Of a stretch of 64,000 bases of DNA, positions 11,427 through 24,290 are shown piece by piece; position 1 is the first letter of the stretch; each line of letters opens with the position of its first letter. Origin of the DNA: Corythoichthys intestinalis (Eukaryota); the NCBI RefSeq assembly GCF_030265065.1, contig NC_080406.1, forward strand, positions 15,785,094 through 15,849,093, given 5' to 3'. The notes below the pieces were generated by a model, which saw only the letters and a list, made by a program, of their open reading frames with translations, searched no databases and was not told the origin of the DNA. The position numbers and the translations under genes were made by a program.

Positions 11427-13612
11427 TAAAGCAGTGTTTTCAACCTTTTTCAAGCCACGGCACACTTTTTTCATGAAAAAATTCCAATGCACACCACAAG
11501 CAAAAAATGTAAAAATGAATTTCTGTAGACAATATAAAGTTGTGTATTGAATAGGAATCATACAAACAAAGAAAAACACATTTTATAATCATTTTTTTAC
11601 TCTGGCAAGACGAAACAAAAACACTCAAGCAGGGAGGCAAGGTCACCCTATCACACGTCAACAAAAGGTTCCTGAGAAAAATGACAACGTTTAGTTAAAC
11701 ATTCAGTCTTTGAAGGCTCTCGCAGGGCGGGCCATGGGCAGGAAGAGGGTGTGTTTGGGATTTTTTTTCTGTTGATTCGGGAGTTACTGTTGTCCGGGCA
11801 ACGAAAGTTGTGGATTTTGCAACGTCAGCGTCAAAGGGGCTCTTGGAGTCTTGTCAGTCGTGTTATCAGTTGGGTATCGGGCGTTCTCCGGTGTTTCTTG
11901 TATTGAGACAGAGCGTCCTGCTATTTGTTCTGGACTGTCCGAGAGAACTGATTGCGAGAGTTTGTGCATCAATCTTGCTCAGTCAGTTGTATGACGCACG
12001 CGCTGGGCTTATATGATAAGAAGGCGTTGTTTATCTCTTATGCCCGGAAAGGGGACACCGGGTGCCTAGTGATGAAGAGAATAGACAACTAGATATTAAC
12101 ATTGGAAAATAGAAATAAAGTAAGACAAGTAGTAGGTAGAGTGAGAAAAAGGAGATAGAACTCAGTGGCTGTACTTCCCCCAGCATTATAACTTCTAGTG
12201 CAGCTTAGACTAAACTGTGAGTCTACTCCGACTTCAGCTAGCCTGACCATAAGCTTTGTCGAATAGGAACATTTTTAATCTAATCTTAAATGTGCAGACT
12301 GTCTCAGCTTCTTTAATATTAGCTGGAAGCTGATTCCATAAAACGGGCTTGGTGGCTAAAGGCTCTAGCTCCGACAGTACTTTTAGAAATCCTGGGAACT
12401 ACCAGTAGACCTGCATTCTGTGAGCGGAGGGTTCTGTTGGGGCGGTATGGAACCAGAGCATCAGTGAGATAAGATGGCCCCAACCCATTAATGGTCTTAA
12501 ATGTAAGAAGGAGGATTTTAAATTTAATTCTAAACTCGACTGGAAGTCAGTGAAGGGCCTGGAGCACAGGGGTGATGTGCTCTCTTCTATTGGTTCCTGT
12601 TAAAAGTCTTGCTGCTGCATTTTGGACTAGCTGAAGACCTTTTAGAGAACTTTTAGGACAAGCTTCAAGTAGGGAGTTACAGTAATCCAATCTCGATGTA
12701 ACGAACGCGTGAATTAATTTTTCTGCATCGCTTTTAGATAAATATTACTAATTTTTGCTATGTTGCGCAGGTGAAAGAAGGCTGTTCTGCAGGTTTGTTT
12801 AATGTGAGCTTTAAAGAGCATACGACACGAGAAAAAAAGTCTTAAATGGCATTATTATGTGAATTAGAATCATATTTTGAGACGATTCGACTATATACAA
12901 CAATTTAGCAAAGCGCAGATAACGAGAAATTAGTCTTTTAATCTGCCAGTTAGCCGCGCCTACCATTATAGGGCTTTAGTAAGTGTACATATCGATAGCC
13001 TGTGAGCTTCTGTCATGACGAAGGTTTGTTTGTGAATGAGAATTGACAGTTAACACCGTAAAGGCAGTGTGTGACTGCGCATGCATGTGCAAATTTGTAT
13101 CCAAAGAAGAATATGGGTATTTTCGACTTAATTGCTTTATATATACATTTATATATGTATTGCTCGTAATCAAAGTCTTAACAACTGGGCAGGCTCTCTG
13201 GGAAAACTTCACAGGCAGCACAGTACCGTTGTATTCTGTGCAAAGCGTCAGTCAATTTCAACACACGCTAATTGGTCCTGTGAAAAATAATGAAAACAGG
13301 ACATTTTCATTAATTCATAAAACCCCGCTGGACGCCTCGGACATGATGTGAAAAGCGGACATGTCTGGGCAAAAGAGGACATTTGATCACCCGAAATTAG
13401 TTGCCTATTGACACCTACTGATTTGGAAAAGTATTGCGTGATTACCAACCATTGCACAGCACATACACCAGATTTTACGCATTTGCGGCTTCATTATCCA
13501 AAAGTATTTTTACATTAATTACGTGAAAGTGGATGATTTTCTATGGCACACCGGACACTATGCTACGGCACAGTAGTGTGCCGTGGCACAGAGATTGAAA
13601 AACACTGGTTTA
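11427..13612. mobile_element. ~2.2-kb element bounded by ~45-bp inverted repeats, with an L2 fragment inside
   Basis: Left TTTAAAGCAGTGTTTTCAACCTTTTTCAAGCCACGGCACAC. The right end is its reverse complement, CACAGTAGTGTGCCGTGGCACAGAGATTGAAAAACACTGGTTTAAA. The flanking duplication is TA or TTAA and cannot be resolved. Confidence 0.45.
12043..12815 (-). mobile_element. L2-clade LINE, 3' fragment (same family as 33100-37520)
   Basis: Over 95% identical to 33105-33880, covering the ORF2 C-terminus plus 3'UTR. It ends abruptly at 12815, where an unrelated repeat starts. Confidence 0.8.
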
Positions 13613-14902
13613 AAGTTTCACATTTCTTGTCTGGAAGTATAGGCCCGATAAGTTTTGAATCATCAGATTGGCCTGTTTCATTTGATTAATAATTGAGTGT
13701 GCCTTGACACAAAGCAAAGCCCACTATCAGTTCAGAGTCCTTTTCTCTAGATTGGTGACTCACATAACAGGCTTGGCCGCTATGGCCTTTGTACTAAGCC
13801 ACACCTGCAACATCATTTCCCTGTGAAAGGTCCTTTTCTCTTGCTTGTCAATGCAGCCATGGCCACACCATATCCGTACTTAAAACCTTTTCTCCTACAT
13901 TCTTGTGCGCTTATTCACTGGTGCTTTCAGTCTTATTACTTTCCCCTAGTAGTGTTCTCTGCCTCCAGCCCTCATGCTCACCCACCTGTGTCTTATCGCC
14001 TCCCATCACTACAAAGTCTTTTCACTTGCTTTCTCTACTTCTGCGTACTCTCTTTTTGGCTCATTTGTTCTTCTGCCTGGTTCTCGCATGCTTGCTCGCC
14101 AGCTTTTTTTTTCTCTTCCAAGTTGATGTTTGAGAAAACTTTGTCAGTTTCATTGCCAACAAACTCTCACACACACTTAGACAAGGTGTGACTCAACACT
14201 GTAAAGTTTTGCTTTCATGGGCAATTGTTATTTTTATTCAACTTTTTCCTTGGCCCTCAGTATTGCCCGTGAATGACGCATGCTCTGCTCAAACAGTTTA
14301 AATTTCATTGGTTTTAATCGATTTAAAAGCGCAAAGGAGTTTTACACCAACAATGGAAAGGGGGGGGAATCTAATGTTAAGAGACAAATGTTAAAGTAGT
14401 GTTTCTTCACAATATAAGTCGTATTATGGATCCCAAGACATTCAATTGAGCAAAAGTATTGATGGGAATTTTTTTTAATCATTTAGAATGTTTACATTTA
14501 ACATTCATTCTTTATTTTAGTTATATGACAACATTAAAAAAATGTTCTCTTCATACACTTACATGAGTAAAAACACTGTTTTCCCAAAATTAAAACTAGT
14601 AATATGATTATATACAGTAAATATATACAGTGGGGCAAATAAGTATTTAGTCAACCACTAATTGTGCAAGTTCTCCTACTTGAAAATATTAGACAGGCCT
14701 GTAATTGTCAACATGGGTAAACCTCAACCATGAGAGACAGAATGTGGGGGAGGGGGATTGAAAACTGAAAATTACATTGTTTGATTTTATAAAGAATTTA
14801 TTTGCAAATCATGGTGGAAAATAAGTATTTGGTCGATACCAAAAGTTCATCTCAAGACTTTGTTATGTATCCTTTGTTGGCAATAACGGAGGCCAAACGT
14901 TT

Positions 14903-15667
14903 TCTGTGAAGGGGAAAAGATATCATATATAGTCTAACACATACGTATGGTACAGGTTCTCGTAGGCACCGTCTAACTGTTTGCATTACTCTAACACACG
15001 TAATATCATTATTCAGGAAATAATATCATTTTCATATTTACGGTAGGACTACACTACTAATATAAAATAAATAGAACACCATAGTTTAATGAGAAGAAAT
15101 AGAAGAGCTACACAATGCTGTCTTATCACAAGATTGACGCACCAACTCTGGCAATCAGCTCTCCCAGCAAACTCCAATGACAAAGCGCTTTGTCCTAAAA
15201 CAAGTACAACCAGCCCGGACAGCAAAGTTGATAGCGGGCGTCCCAATCCGCGCACGAACCTAAGCCGCCCAAAACCGGCCACAGAGGGGATGACCCAAAA
15301 GCAACGCCCAGAAACGCCTTCGACAAGGCCCGCCTCAGCAAAGACTTTAAAAAGACTGGACACTGAGATAAGACAGATTTTTTCTGCTCGGAAACATGTA
15401 GCCTTGTTTTGGATCCAGAATTGTCCCTCCGTCGTCCGTTTTTGCCTTGTTTTTACCATTGTCGACGAATAAATTGTCAACCTGTTTTCGGTGAGTGTTC
15501 TTCAAGCTTTTGAAACATGGAGTCAGTACAAAGGGTTAAAATAAGAGGACGCGCGAGATTCGGCCTTCCCGGCGGGCGCACGCAGGGCAGCGTCAGCCGA
15601 GCAGCACTTGTTTTGGTTGGTGCTGTCCCCGGGTGCGTCTGGGCCGGGGGGGGAGGGCAAATTTCAA
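14903..15667. mobile_element. Unclassified ~765-bp insertion in the 3' UTR of Tc1-B copy 2
   Basis: It interrupts the sequence …AACGTTTTCTGT|…|TTCTGTAACGCTTCAC, which is contiguous in copy 3 (62930-62960). TTCTGT is duplicated at both junctions. The right end is G-rich. Confidence 0.35.
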
Positions 15668-16885
15668 CATCTGTAACGCTTCACAAACTTTTCACACACT
15701 GTTGCTGGTATTTTGGCCCATTCCTCCATGCAGATCTCCTCTAGATCAGTGATGTTATGGGGCTGTCGTTGGGCAACACGGACTTTCAACTCCCTCCACA
15801 GATTTTCAATGGGGTTGAGATCTGGAGACTGGCTAGGCCACTCCAGGACCTTGAAATGCTTCTTACGAAGCCACTCTTTTGTTGCCCCGGCTGTGTGTTT
15901 AGGATCATTGTCATGCTGAAAGACCCAGCCACGTCTCATCTTCAATGCCCTTGCTGATGGAAGGAGATTTTCACTCAAAATCTCTGGATACGTGGCCCCA
16001 ATCATTCTTTCCTTTACACAGATCAGTCGTCCTGGTCCGCATTGTGTTGATAGTAGCCTTTGTTACTGTGGTCCCAGCTCTCTGTAGGTCATTCACTAGG
16101 TCCCCCCTTGTGGTTCTGGGATTTTTGCTCACCGTTCTTGTTATCATTTTGACGCCACAGGGTGAGATCTTGCATGGAGCCCCAGATCGAGGGTGATTAT
16201 CAGTGGTCTTGTCTTTCATTTTCTAATGATTGCTCCCACAGTTGATTTCTTTACACCAGGGGTCCCCAAACTTTTTCCTGTGAGGGCCACATAACTTTTC
16301 CCTTCTCTGATGAGGTGCCGGGGTCAGTTTGTAACAGAAAAAGTGTGACGATTGCAGGAGTGCCTAAATGTAAAACAAATTGTTTTTCAGAAAGCCACAA
16401 TCAAATAACCCTTTCTGGATTCTTCACGGAACACAAGTAAATAAAATAAAAACAATAATATAACATAATATAATAATGATAAATAATAATAACACTATTA
16501 ATTAAATAGATAATAACCTAATAACCCTATCTGAGTTCTTCACAGAAAATGGCCAGGAAATAAATAAAACTATTGAGAAAAAAAAAAAAAAAAATCTAAA
16601 TGCTCTCTGGTATTGTTCAGCGGGCCCAACCAAATGTGGACGCGGGCTGTATCTGGCCCACGGGCCGTAGTTTGGGGACCCCTGTACACCAAGCATTTTA
16701 CCTATTGCAGATTCAATCTTCCCAGCCTGGTGCAAGTCTACAATTTTGTCTTTGGTGTCCTTCGACAGCTCTTTGGCCATAGTGGAGTTTGGAGTGTGAC
16801 TGACTGAGATTGTGGACAGGTGTCTTTTATACCGATAATGAGTTAAAACAGGTGCCATTAAAACAGGTAACAAGCGGAGCCTCAT
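15664..16885 (-). pseudogene. Tc1-B transposase fragments
   Basis: ORFs 15664-16005 (…[10 protein letters not shown]…[16 protein letters not shown]…), 15971-16219 and 16502-16885 ([21 protein letters not shown]…) are split by a MITE. Confidence 0.75.
16257..16684. mobile_element. MITE with a perfect 16-bp TIR CAGGGGTCCCCAAACT
   Basis: The TIR lies at 16257-16272 and as its reverse complement at 16669-16684. The 5-bp duplication TACAC sits at 16252-16256 and 16685-16689. The uninterrupted site TTTACACCAAGC is seen in copy 3 at about 63790. Confidence 0.7.
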
Positions 16886-17016
16886 TAGACCTCGTTAAAA
16901 GAAGTTAGACCTCTTTGACAGCCAGAAATCTTGCTTGTTTGTAGGTGACAAATACTTATTTTCCACTCCAATTTGGAAATAAATTATTTAAAAATCAAAC
17001 AATGTGATTTTCGGAG

Positions 17017-17038
17017 GGTAGGGTTAGGGTTGGGGGGG
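17017..17038. repeat. Interstitial telomere-like repeat
   Basis: GGGTAGGGTTAGGGTTGGGGGGG lies at the 5' junction of the SINE insertion. Confidence 0.5.
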
Positions 17039-17059
17039 TTTCACACTCTGTGCCTTTTG

Positions 17060-17320
17060 TGGGCGGCCGTGGCGCAATTGGTAGCTGGAGTTGTCCTTGG
17101 ACTGAAGAGTCAGTGGTTCGATTCCCGGCTACCACTGCCCACTGTCGAAGTGCCCTTGGGCAAGGCACTGAACCCTGATTTGCCTCCAATGGGTTGACAG
17201 CGCCTTACATGGCAGCAGCCCCATTGGTGTGTGAATGTGTGTGTGACTGGGTAAATGTGTGCTAATGTAAAGCGCTTTGGCCATGGTAACCATCTAGATA
17301 AATGTGCTATATAAGTACAG
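17060..17320 (+). mobile_element. tRNA-derived SINE inserted in the 5'UTR of Tc1-B copy 2
   Basis: tRNA-like head GGGCGGCCGTGGCGCAATTGGTAGC…GGTTCGATTCCCGGC carries A-box and B-box pol III promoter motifs. The body (…GCCCTTGGGCAAGGCACTGAACCC…GTAAAGCGCTTTGG…) interrupts Tc1 sequence that is contiguous in copy 1. Confidence 0.65.
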
Positions 17321-18380
17321 ACCATTTTGGTTGAGGTTTACCCATGTTGACAATTACAGGCCTCTCTAATCTTTTCAAGAAGGAGAACTTGCACAATTGG
17401 TGGTTGACTATATACTTATTTGCCCCACTGTATGTTGTTGTTACGGTGACTTTGAGCTTGCCTCATTAGGAGTCACCACAGTGAGGACCTCGCAATTTGA
17501 TGGCACAGGTTTTACATTGCAAGTCCTTCCTGATACAACAGACTCATTCTGTGGGTCTAGCTACCTTATCTGCTCCAGGAATGCCATTATTGATACATCA
17601 AGGGCATTCATAGTGGCCTTATAAAAGAACAACCACTTGGTCTGTGTAATAGGCTGACAACACCACCAGAGCAAACTTCAAACTGAAGGAGACTTGCCAA
17701 AGTGAAATGGGAGAAGTGATGAGGAGAGCAAGCCCGAGGTCAGCACCAGTGGCCTATAAGATTTTTATTTTAAATGCCCGAGGCGACGACATCGGCTTTG
17801 GAAGCCCCCAAAGGTGATCTGGAGGAGAGGGAAGATTGCAAATCTATGGAGGTATGCTGATGGAGTGTACATATAGAAAGACGATAAGTCTGAGAACATC
17901 GACCAGTTTCACGTCATCATGCTCAGCATGGAGAGAAAACTTCTTTTCAGAAAAAATCTACTGTAGGTTGTGGAAATTAATCCACATGGACTCACCTCAT
18001 GATGTCTGATAAAATGCTTCTCGGTGCATCGAAGTATTACAGCGATTGAGTTTAACCTAACCAAGTCACTACAAAAAAATCTTAACTTCATAATTCTCAC
18101 ACGTTACTGTCACAAAAAAAGTTATAAAAGAAATACCAGACGGATTTTCATTTTACTCTAGGCAACACAGTACAGCTTGCTTCTGCAGAGTAAAGAAACA
18201 GACAAGGTTTATGAACTTCTTGGACACTTTGAGCATTTTTATATTTGCTGTCAAGCTGCTTTCAGTGCTTTAAAGTTTGTGTAAAAATAAAAAGAAAACA
18301 TTTGAATGTTTCAAATGACCCTGTCATAAGACTTAGAATAATGACCTGTCACGTCAATGCATGCTTATGATAGATATTAT

Positions 18381-19320
18381 TATGAGTGCTTTCCAGTGTT
18401 GTTAATAACGGCGTTACAATATAACGGCGTTACTAACGGCTTTATTTTTTTCAGTAGTGGGTAATCTAATTAATTACTTTTCTCATCTTGGCAACGCCGT
18501 TACCGTTACTGAGGACGGAAAGGCATGCGTTACTATGCGTTACTTTATTGGTCGAAAAGTCTGAGGGAGACGGACTCACCGAGACGACAGAGCAGAGCAG
18601 GAGTAGGGAGGAGGCAAGAAAGTTGTGACGGCGAGCAAACGCCATGCTAGGTAGCTCCAATAATACATGTTGTAGCCGATAGCCTACCAACTACGCCCGC
18701 ATGTTATGGTAGATATGGTAGACATGGTAGATATCACATGTACTGTACATAGATATAACTAGATGCAAAATGACAGACATGGCACTAAATGAGTTAGTAG
18801 ACAGCCGCCATCTTAAAGCAGTAGACTTTTTAGGACGGCTCTGTTGTAGAGAACCTTCCTAGCGAACCTAAGTAACTTTTAATCTAAAATACTTCTAAAT
18901 CGGCAAAATCTTGACTTGAATCTATCTTTAAATGATGAAACAGTTTTAAAACTTTCATATGCCGAAAGTAGAGAGAAGGGAACTAATGCAATAATGGGAG
19001 CAATTTTAACAACTTTTAACAGTTGATTCAGGGTAAAGGGTAAATTAAGGTAAAGAATTGGGCTTGGGCCAATTGTACCAAAAACCTTCACAAAAAAAAC
19101 TTCCCATCGTGTGGCCAATTTTTTTTGTTTGTTTTTTTGTTTGTTTTTTGAGGGAAAAAAAAAAGTAATTATCACCAATTACTTTGCCAAGTAACTAATT
19201 ACTCTTACATTCAGGTAATTGAGTTACTAACGCAATTACTTTTTGGGAGAAGTAATTTGTAACTATAATTAATTACTTTTTTTTCAGCAAGATTAACAAC
19301 ACTGGTGCTTTCACACCAGA
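18381..19320. mobile_element. Candidate MITE (~940 bp)
   Basis: Inverted termini GCTTTCCAGTGTTGTTAATAAC … ATTAACAACACTGGTGCTTTC. Subterminal repeats include AACGGCGTTAC and GTAATTAC. The interior is AT-rich. Confidence 0.4.
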
Positions 19321-19642
19321 TGTCCGTTTGTTTTGTTCTGATTCAGGTGCTAAATCGATACAGTCCTCTCCATTTCCATTTGGGGCATTTGTCTTCAACA
19401 TTCAACATTGTATACAGATTTAAAATGTAAACAAATACCATGCGCTACTATAGACACAGTATCAGATATATAAGGCTGATGATGAAATTTTCCGAAACAG
19501 AATCATAACCACATTAATAAGATTTGTTAGAAACCAAACCGTTTGCAAATCTGTCTAGAATTCAACGAGTTAAGAGTATTCTAGTGGAGAAAATTGCTCA
19601 CATTATGTCTGCTGAAGTGAAGCCCGCCAAAGAAGTCGTCAC

Positions 19643-20516
19643 TAGGGTTGTTCCAATCATGTTTTTTGCTCCCGATCCGATCCCGATCGTTTTAGTTTGA
19701 GTATCTTCCAATCCCGATATTTCCCGATCCAATTGCTTTTTCTTTTTGCTCCCGACTCAATTCCAATCATTTCCGATGATTTTTCCCGATCATATCCATT
19801 TTGGCAATGCATTAAGAAAAAAAAATGAATAAAATATATACATTCAACATACAGTACATAAGTACTGTATTTGTTTATTATGACAATAAATCCTCAAGAT
19901 GGCATTTACATTATTAACATTCTTTCTGTGAGAGGGATCCATGGATAGAAAGACTTGTAATCCTTAAAGGATAAATGTGACTTTGTATATTGTGACTAAA
20001 TATTGCCATCTAGTGTATTTGTTGAGCTTTCAGTAAATGATACTATAGCCATGCCCAAATGCATGATGGGAAGTGCAACCATGACTGTGCGTAGTGGTAC
20101 CAATTGATATATCTTCTCTGCGTTGGGAAACAACATAGGGTGTTGAGAAAAAGATCAACTACTACCTTTGTTCCCCACATTGCTTCCCACGATATTTCTA
20201 ATTGTTGAGAGAGGGATTGTAAGGCTTTAGTCAATTAAAAAAAGGGTTCAAAGGCTGCCAAAATTCTCTCTACTCATTTAACGTTACCTTTTAATTCTAT
20301 GTATACGTAAAACGGTGCCATTATAGATTGAACACGACAATGCGTGAGTGAGTAGCGCAGCGCATTCGTTAATTGCGTTAAATATTTAAATTTTATTACC
20401 GCCGTTAACGCGATAAATTTGATAGCCCTACATTAAGCCAAAACTAAAGACTCTGGATGAGTGTAAGACATTTTGTCTGTAACGTTAAATATAATTTAAA
20501 AATGATTTAATTTGAA

Positions 20517-20566
<50 letters not shown>

Positions 20567-20662
20567 TAGGTATGTCCGATATTTTTTTGTCGATTCCGAT
20601 ACTTTGAAAATGACGTGATCAGACCCAATCGATCGTGATGCCAATCAATCAGGACATCTCTA
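19643..20662. mobile_element. hAT-type non-autonomous element with an 8-bp TSD
   Basis: TAGGGTTGTTCCAATCATG … GACATCTCTA, flanked by GTCGTCAC at 19635-19642 and 20663-20670. Subterminal CCCGATC repeats are present. The interior is homologous to the 40575 family, including that family's right terminus at 20432. Confidence 0.6.
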
Positions 20663-21129
20663 GTCGTCACCGACTCCACATTTAAACATCTATAGCTTTA
20701 TATATGGCGGAAAACACAGACAAGACTGAAAAAGCAGTTTCTGCTCTTGCACTCTTTAAAAGAAACTGCTGTATTTTAAGCCTAAACAACTGTTGTGTTT
20801 GATAGAACAATATGTCTATATGCTGTCATAGCAGATTCATAGAGCATTAAGCCCCTGAACTATTTGTAATTTGTCCGTTTTACCCTGGAAACCCCCTTTT
20901 ACAGAAGTTGCGCAACCGCTTTTGTTTCAACCCAGCCATAAAACAAAAGTAATTAATTAATATTTATTTTTCAAAATTTCAGTCATTTTCAGCTTAGAAT
21001 CATTAATAGATGTCTAATATTTCGTTTAAAAAAATGACTTTAAAAAATTATTCATTCGCATATTTTAAACTTTTAAACAAATTACATCACAATGAAAAAA
21101 ATGGCGTTGTAAAAAAGTCATGGATATCT

Positions 21130-21760
21130 ACCTCATAACTATTCCTTAATTGTATTTCTTTTTGTTACTGTCGCATTTTCTCCGATATGTTAGATAAGTA
21201 ATCGATCCAAACAAAGAAAAATTGAAGAAAAAAAAATAAACGTTTCAAAGGGTAAATATATGAAAAAGAAAATCTCGACCACTCCTTGATGTCTGCGATT
21301 TCTGCATCGCGACCCTTGTTTTATTACCGTTTCACCCATAAAATCCCCCAAAAATCCAGCTGTGGCCATTCACAGCTGTGTCTTGACACTCGGTGATACT
21401 TGCTACATAGAGTTTTTGGATCGAAACAACGTAAGTACGCAATAATATCTCGTTAAAGTCATGGCGTCTGTGATTCTGCTCTTGCGTGCTCTCACCTCCA
21501 GTTAGGGTTTTGCTGTTTAAATTTTTTTTTTTTTTAAATGCCCTCCTATTCAAAATTTGTCTTCCCCCAGAAATTTGAGATTTTAAGCTTTCCAACGATG
21601 TATCACACATGCATATCCGACAATTTTGAAATTTGGCCAAATTGGGGGTCTCAGAGCAAAACTTCAAGTCACCTGAGTGTTTTCCGCCATATCTATGTGC
21701 GTGACACAATTGCACTGTCAATGGTCAGGAATTAGCCCACAAAGCGCACGCATACACAAA
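21130..21760. repeat. Dispersed repeat R2 (second copy at 53235-54480)
   Basis: About 90% identical to 53235-53364 plus 54024-54480. It holds the uninterrupted site GGGTAAATATATGAAAA. Confidence 0.5.
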
Positions 21761-22934
21761 ACTGCATTTAGGACAACTGTATATCACTATATATCACTTC
21801 AGACATCTAGACCGATAGAGGGCCTATTTTCAAAAACTTGAAACTCAAATATTTTCAAAACCAAAGCCGCTAGCAACCTAAAACCAAAACAGGCACCTCC
21901 CGTAGGCAATTATGAGTCTTCGGGAGCAGCGGCATCAATAAAGTAGTTCCCGAATAAAATCCTGATTAATTATTTTTTATAGATATGTAACAAAACGTAA
22001 AATGGCTATAAAGTTCTCAGATTTTACGCGAGATGCACAAAAATCACCTATATTATCAGGGTCAAGAGCAATATTTACCATATCATATACACTACGTTTT
22101 TGCCCGAAATAGCGCCGTACATTTTTTTATTGAGTGCAATTTTGACATGTTTCACCACATACAGATATAATCACCTATATTTTCAGGTTCAAGAGCAATA
22201 TTTAACGTATCATATACGTTTTTGCCCGAAATCGCGATTTACATTTTTTTATTAGGTGCAATTTTGACACGTTTTCAACAGCTAATAAATCACTCAATTT
22301 TTACATCAGAAATTTAATACTTAAGGAAAGCATGGAGAATCATCTTAATTTTCCTCAACAAAAGCAAATTTTGCATATTTCTGTATAAAATCACAACTTC
22401 TTTATGTGGAATTCTTATGTGATTCTTGCCTCAGCACGTCTTGCCGGCTATCTGGCCCTAGTCGTTTTTAGATTGAAATGTTACATAAAACAAAACAGGT
22501 AAAAGCTGAATTGTTTTTTGGTTTTTTTTTGTTTGTTTCTTTCTATGGACGCAGAAATGTCTAAATTACTAGTTTATTGCCAAAACAAATCAGCCAATGT
22601 TCCGAAAATTGCCTGATTATTTGAATGTAAAGTTACGCTATCATGTAAGGATACAAAATCTAACATGGAGGCAATCACAAAGTTGAAAATTCATGTATAT
22701 TAATGCACATATCCCAGAATTTCTATTGATATGAACGTAGAACAGTCGATTATTGGTTAAAAGCAAAAAAAAACGGGCAGTTATCATTTATTTTACGAAA
22801 ATATTTCAAGCTAAAGTTAAACTAATTTTATCCATTGATTTTTTTTTTCACGTTTCAAAGTATGTGCATGGTGCTATTTTACATAATAATTACCTTGAAT
22901 CCTCAACCAAATCCCTCTTGAGACACTCCTGCCT

Positions 22935-24290
22935 GCTTGTAGGCAAGGCAAGGCAAGGCAAATTTATTTATATAGCACAATTCAACACAAGGCAATTCAA
23001 AGTGCTTTACATCACATGAAGATCATAAAAATCACATTTAAATCAATACAACGTAGAAACCAAGACAAAAGATCGCACTTAATCACAGAATGAAAATAAA
23101 TAAATACAAATAAAACAAAAAAAATAAAGCAAAAACTACTACTCCTAATAATAATTGAAATCGGCAGTGGAGATAAGCACAAGAGGAATAGAAAGCAGGT
23201 AGATTGAAATATATAGACAGTTATGGATATGCAGTGCTAAACAAAAGCGTTTTTAGCCCTGATTTAAAAGAGCTAACAGTTTGAGCATACTTCAGAGGTT
23301 CGAGTAACTTGTTCCAGTGGTGAGGAACATAATAACTAAATGCTGCCTCACCCTGCTTGGTTCTTGTTCTTGGAACATGCAGAAGACCGGTTCCAGACGA
23401 CCTTAGGGGTCTGGGTGTCTCATAGGAATCTAACAAGTCAAGAATGTATTTTGGTCCAAGGCCATTAAGTGTTTTGTAGACGAGCAGTAGTATTTTATAG
23501 TCTATCCTTTCACTCACTGGAAGCCAGTGTAGCGATTTCAAAACCCGTGTAATGTAGTCCAGCTTCCTTGTATTTGTGAGGACTCTGGCTGCAGCATTCT
23601 GTACTAGCTGCAGCTTCCTGACTGATTTTTGTAAAAATACAGTTGCAATAGTCCAATCTGCTGAAAATGAATGCATGCATAAGTTTTTCCATGTCTTGTT
23701 GTGTCAGAAGCCCCTTAATTCTGGTTATATTTTTTAGGTGGTAATAAGCGGATTTAGTGACGGACTTTAGATGGCTATCAAATTTTAGGTCTGAGTCAAT
23801 AATTACGCCCAGTTTTCTGACTTGATTTGTAGCTGTAAGTGACATTGTGCTCAGTTGGCTGTTTATCTTTAACCTTTCCTTTTTTTGGCCCAAAAATGAT
23901 CACCTCTGTCTTCTCCACATTTAACTGGAGAAAATTCTGGCACATCCATTCATTGATTTGACGAATGCATTTACTCAGGGAGACTAAGGGACTATAATCA
24001 TGTGGGGACACAGAAATGTACAGTTGTGTGTCATCTGCATAGGCGTGATAGGAGATGTCATACTGTTCCATTATCTGAGCTAATGGAAGCATATAGATGT
24101 TAAATAAGAGTGGTCCAAGAATTGACCCTTGAGGGACTCCACACGTGAATTTGGTTCGTTCTGACTGATAGTTTCCGATTGACACAAAGAAATCCCTATC
24201 ATGTAAATAGGATTTGAACCACTGAAGAATAGTGTCAGTAAGCCCTACCCACTGTCCTACTAAATCTTTCGTCCTGTTTCCAACTCAATC
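22935..24290 (-). mobile_element. L2-clade LINE, second subfamily, 5'-truncated and frameshifted
   Basis: RT and C-terminal fragments in three frames: [61 protein letters not shown]. The 3' tail (GGCAA)n…AGTGCTTTACAT lies at about 22935-23040. Confidence 0.75.

Larger units (their letters stand above)
14626..17432 (-). mobile_element. Tc1-like family B, copy 2, carrying three nested insertions
   Basis: IR TACAGTGGGGCAAATAAGTATTTAGTCAACC at 14626 and its complement ending at 17432. Transposase pieces lie on the minus strand. Confidence 0.8.
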
